This document shows, piece by piece, positions 51,195 through 53,669 of a stretch of 53,669 nt of DNA. Origin of the DNA: Octopus sinensis (taxonomy: Eukaryota); the NCBI RefSeq assembly GCF_006345805.1, contig NW_021834321.1, positions 1 through 53,669 of the forward strand, in the 5' to 3' direction. The position numbers and the translations under genes are program-made. The notes beneath the pieces were generated by a model that was not told where the DNA came from, searched no databases, and worked only from the letters and a program-made list of their open reading frames with translations. Numbering within the stretch: position 1 is the first letter of the stretch; every line of letters begins with the position of its first letter.

Positions 51195-51335
51195 ATTCTT
51201 TCTTTTTCAAAATGACTTTTTGATGCTGATGTTCTTATCGGAATTGTTGTTGATGTTTCAGACCCTATTGTCTACGGCGAGGTTTCGATACCCGATTACA
51301 GCCAGTTTTATGACACCAATTAATGGGACTACACT

Positions 51336-51559
51336 AAGGCGGCGAGCAGGCAGAATCGTTAGTACGCCGGTAATAATGCTTAGCGACATTTTTTACGTCT
51401 TTACGTTCTGAGTTCAAATCCCGACGAGGTCGACTTTGCCGTTCATCGTCTTGGGGTCGATAAACCACGTACCAGTCAAGTATTGTGGTCGATGTGATCG
51501 ACTATCCCCTTCTCCATAAATTCCAGGCCTTGTGCCTATAGTAGAAAGGATTATTATTA

Positions 51560-51611
<52 letters not shown>

Positions 51612-51940
51612 AACGCGAGCTGGCAGAAACATTAATATGCCGGACAAAATGCTCAGCGGCATTTCTTCAGGCTTTCCATACCGAGCTCTATTTCCGCCGA
51701 GGTTGACTTCGCCTTTTATCCTTTCGGGGTCTATAAAATAAATACCAGTTGTGTACTGGCGTCGATGTAATTGACAACCGCCTCCCTTCAAATTTCGGGC
51801 TTTTCACCTATAGTAGGAAGGATTAATGTGAGGACACTACGACGGCGAACTAGCAGAACCATTAAAGCGTCGGGAAAATGCATTTGCCGTATTTGTTCCG
51901 CTTATGAACGTTCTGAGTTCAAATCCCACCAAAGTTAAAC
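51336..51940 (+). mobile_element. Three SINE family B copies in tandem
   Basis: Heads at ~51336, ~51611 and ~51840, the first two separated by an (ATT)n tail. Confidence 0.82.
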
Positions 51941-52056
51941 TTTACAGAGTATATGCATGAAACACAATTGAACCCTTTTAAAGGCTTTTAACTGCAGTTT
52001 CTCATGGAGAAAACATTCTCACTTAAAATAACTAACCTGCTACTATGTTTGCTTGT

Positions 52057-52563
52057 GGAGGCTCAATGGCCCAGTGGTTAGAGCAGCGAACTCGCGGTCG
52101 TAGGATCGTGGTTTCGATTCCCAGACCGGGCATTGTGAGTGGTTATTGAGCAAAAACACCTAAAGCTCCACGAGGCTCCGGCAGGGGCTGGTGGTGAACC
52201 CTGCTGTACTCTTTCACCACAACTTTCTCTCACTCTTTCTACCTGTTTCTCTTATACCTGTATTTCCAAGGGCCAGTCTTGTCACACTCTGCGTCATGCT
52301 GAATCTCACTGAGACCTACGTTAAGGGTTCACGTGTCTGTGGAGTGCTCAGCCACTTTCACGTTAATAAATGAGCTGCAACGTCACAGGTGCCAAACTGC
52401 ATCGGCCTTCGCCTTTCCCTTGGATAACATCGGTGGCGTGGATAGGGGGGGCTGGTATGCACGGGTGACTGCTGGTCTTCTATCAACAACCTTGCCCAGA
52501 CTTGTGCCTCGGAGGGTGACTTTCTAGGTGCAATCCCATGGTCATTCATGACCGAAGGGGGTT
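52057..52563 (+). mobile_element. SINE family C (tRNA-Arg-like head), full length
   Basis: ggaggctcaatggcccagtggttag...ctcgcggt...ggtttcgattccc, with A and B boxes. Confidence 0.85.
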
Positions 52564-53612
52564 ACATTACTATGTTTACTTGCAACTCTGTCACTGTTTC
52601 GCGCATCTACTCACGATTTGGTTCCGGCCTGGTAGCCAATGTTCCCTGTCATTGTCGTCCGATTAAGGCAACTTCGCCTTCTTCTACACCTGATCGTAAT
52701 TTGTTTCTGATTATATGTAATGTAAATATGTAGGAGACTGTACAGCCGTGTGCATGTCACGCTTGTAATGTACAATGTAGGTACGTTTATTTAGGAAAGA
52801 GGCACAGTTCAAAATTAAACCATTAAGAATACGGAATGAGGAAAAAAAATTGCTTTCCTGAATTACATCAACGAACCAATAAATGAATAGAGAAAGGTTC
52901 TTATTTTTTAAAAACACCGCTCATTATATTCCGTAGACTTATTAAACTAACATTACTGAAAACAAATATTAAACTTGTGTTTGTCCAAAGCATTTTTCGT
53001 AAGTTTTTCAGAAACGTCCAAGCTTGTGTTCAGACTATTTGTTGGGCCTTGTTTCATCCGTTCTGAGTACTATAAAGACCTCCTTTCATAGGTCCCAAGT
53101 TACTCTGGTGGTGGGCAACACATTGAAAATGCTTATCATATATGATGCATTGAGGCCAGGTGTCACATGTGATACACGGCAAAGGCAGAGGGTTAAAATT
53201 GGTAATTCATTACGAAAGCTAAAAGAAAATACGATTATATAATTGAAAGTATTCAGAAAAGAAATTTATGAATGGATATGTCTGCTCCTTGTTACAAAAA
53301 ACCATACCAACCCAATATATATATATATATATATATTACAAGGCATAATGGCATATAACTGACAAGAAAAATTCCGAAAAATGTATTTTCCCGATTCTTG
53401 AATAATTTCATTATACCACAAAATTTTTTTTTAAATGTATGAAACGAATATTAATTTCAGAAATTCAGTAAGACAGATTTTTTTCTGACATTCCCCATTA
53501 TTATTACTTTTATTCTTAAATAACCCACTTTCATCATACACTACCATAAATCTTAATATGTATTAACATCGAGTAAATGTATTGTTTCGATAAGACTGTA
53601 TATATATCGTGT

Positions 53613-53669
53613 AGGGGAGGCTGTGCGGTAAGTAGGCTGCTTACCAACCACATGGTTCCGGGTTCAGTC
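53613..53669 (+). mobile_element. SINE family A head, cut by the window edge
   Basis: ggctgtgcggtaagtaggctgcttaccaaccacatggttccgggttcagtc. Confidence 0.8.

Overview
Repeat-saturated, AT-rich animal intronic or intergenic DNA. The repeat repertoire looks cephalopod (Octopus-like); this is an inference from pattern recognition, not a database result. I find no intact cellular gene, and nearly all ORFs in the track are microsatellite or SINE artefacts. Content: (1) dozens of tRNA-derived SINE copies from at least four families, with tandem multimers and swapped modules; (2) 3' fragments of R4/Dong-type LINEs inside (TAA)n arrays, one RTE fragment and one degenerate CR1/L2 RT fragment; (3) a 260-bp Tc1/mariner deletion derivative; (4) a 1.5-kb tandem duplication that may be an assembly artefact; (5) very long microsatellites. 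The main hidden signal is about a dozen minimal hammerhead ribozyme (HHR) motifs from several unrelated sequence families. Most have a short palindromic helix III, and many sit inside long inverted repeats, the architecture known for Penelope-like element pLTRs and retrozymes. One ~205-nt family has a non-canonical GUGAACA core (G3:C8 swap) plus an extra G after A9. Repeat boundaries were read by eye and may be off by several bases.
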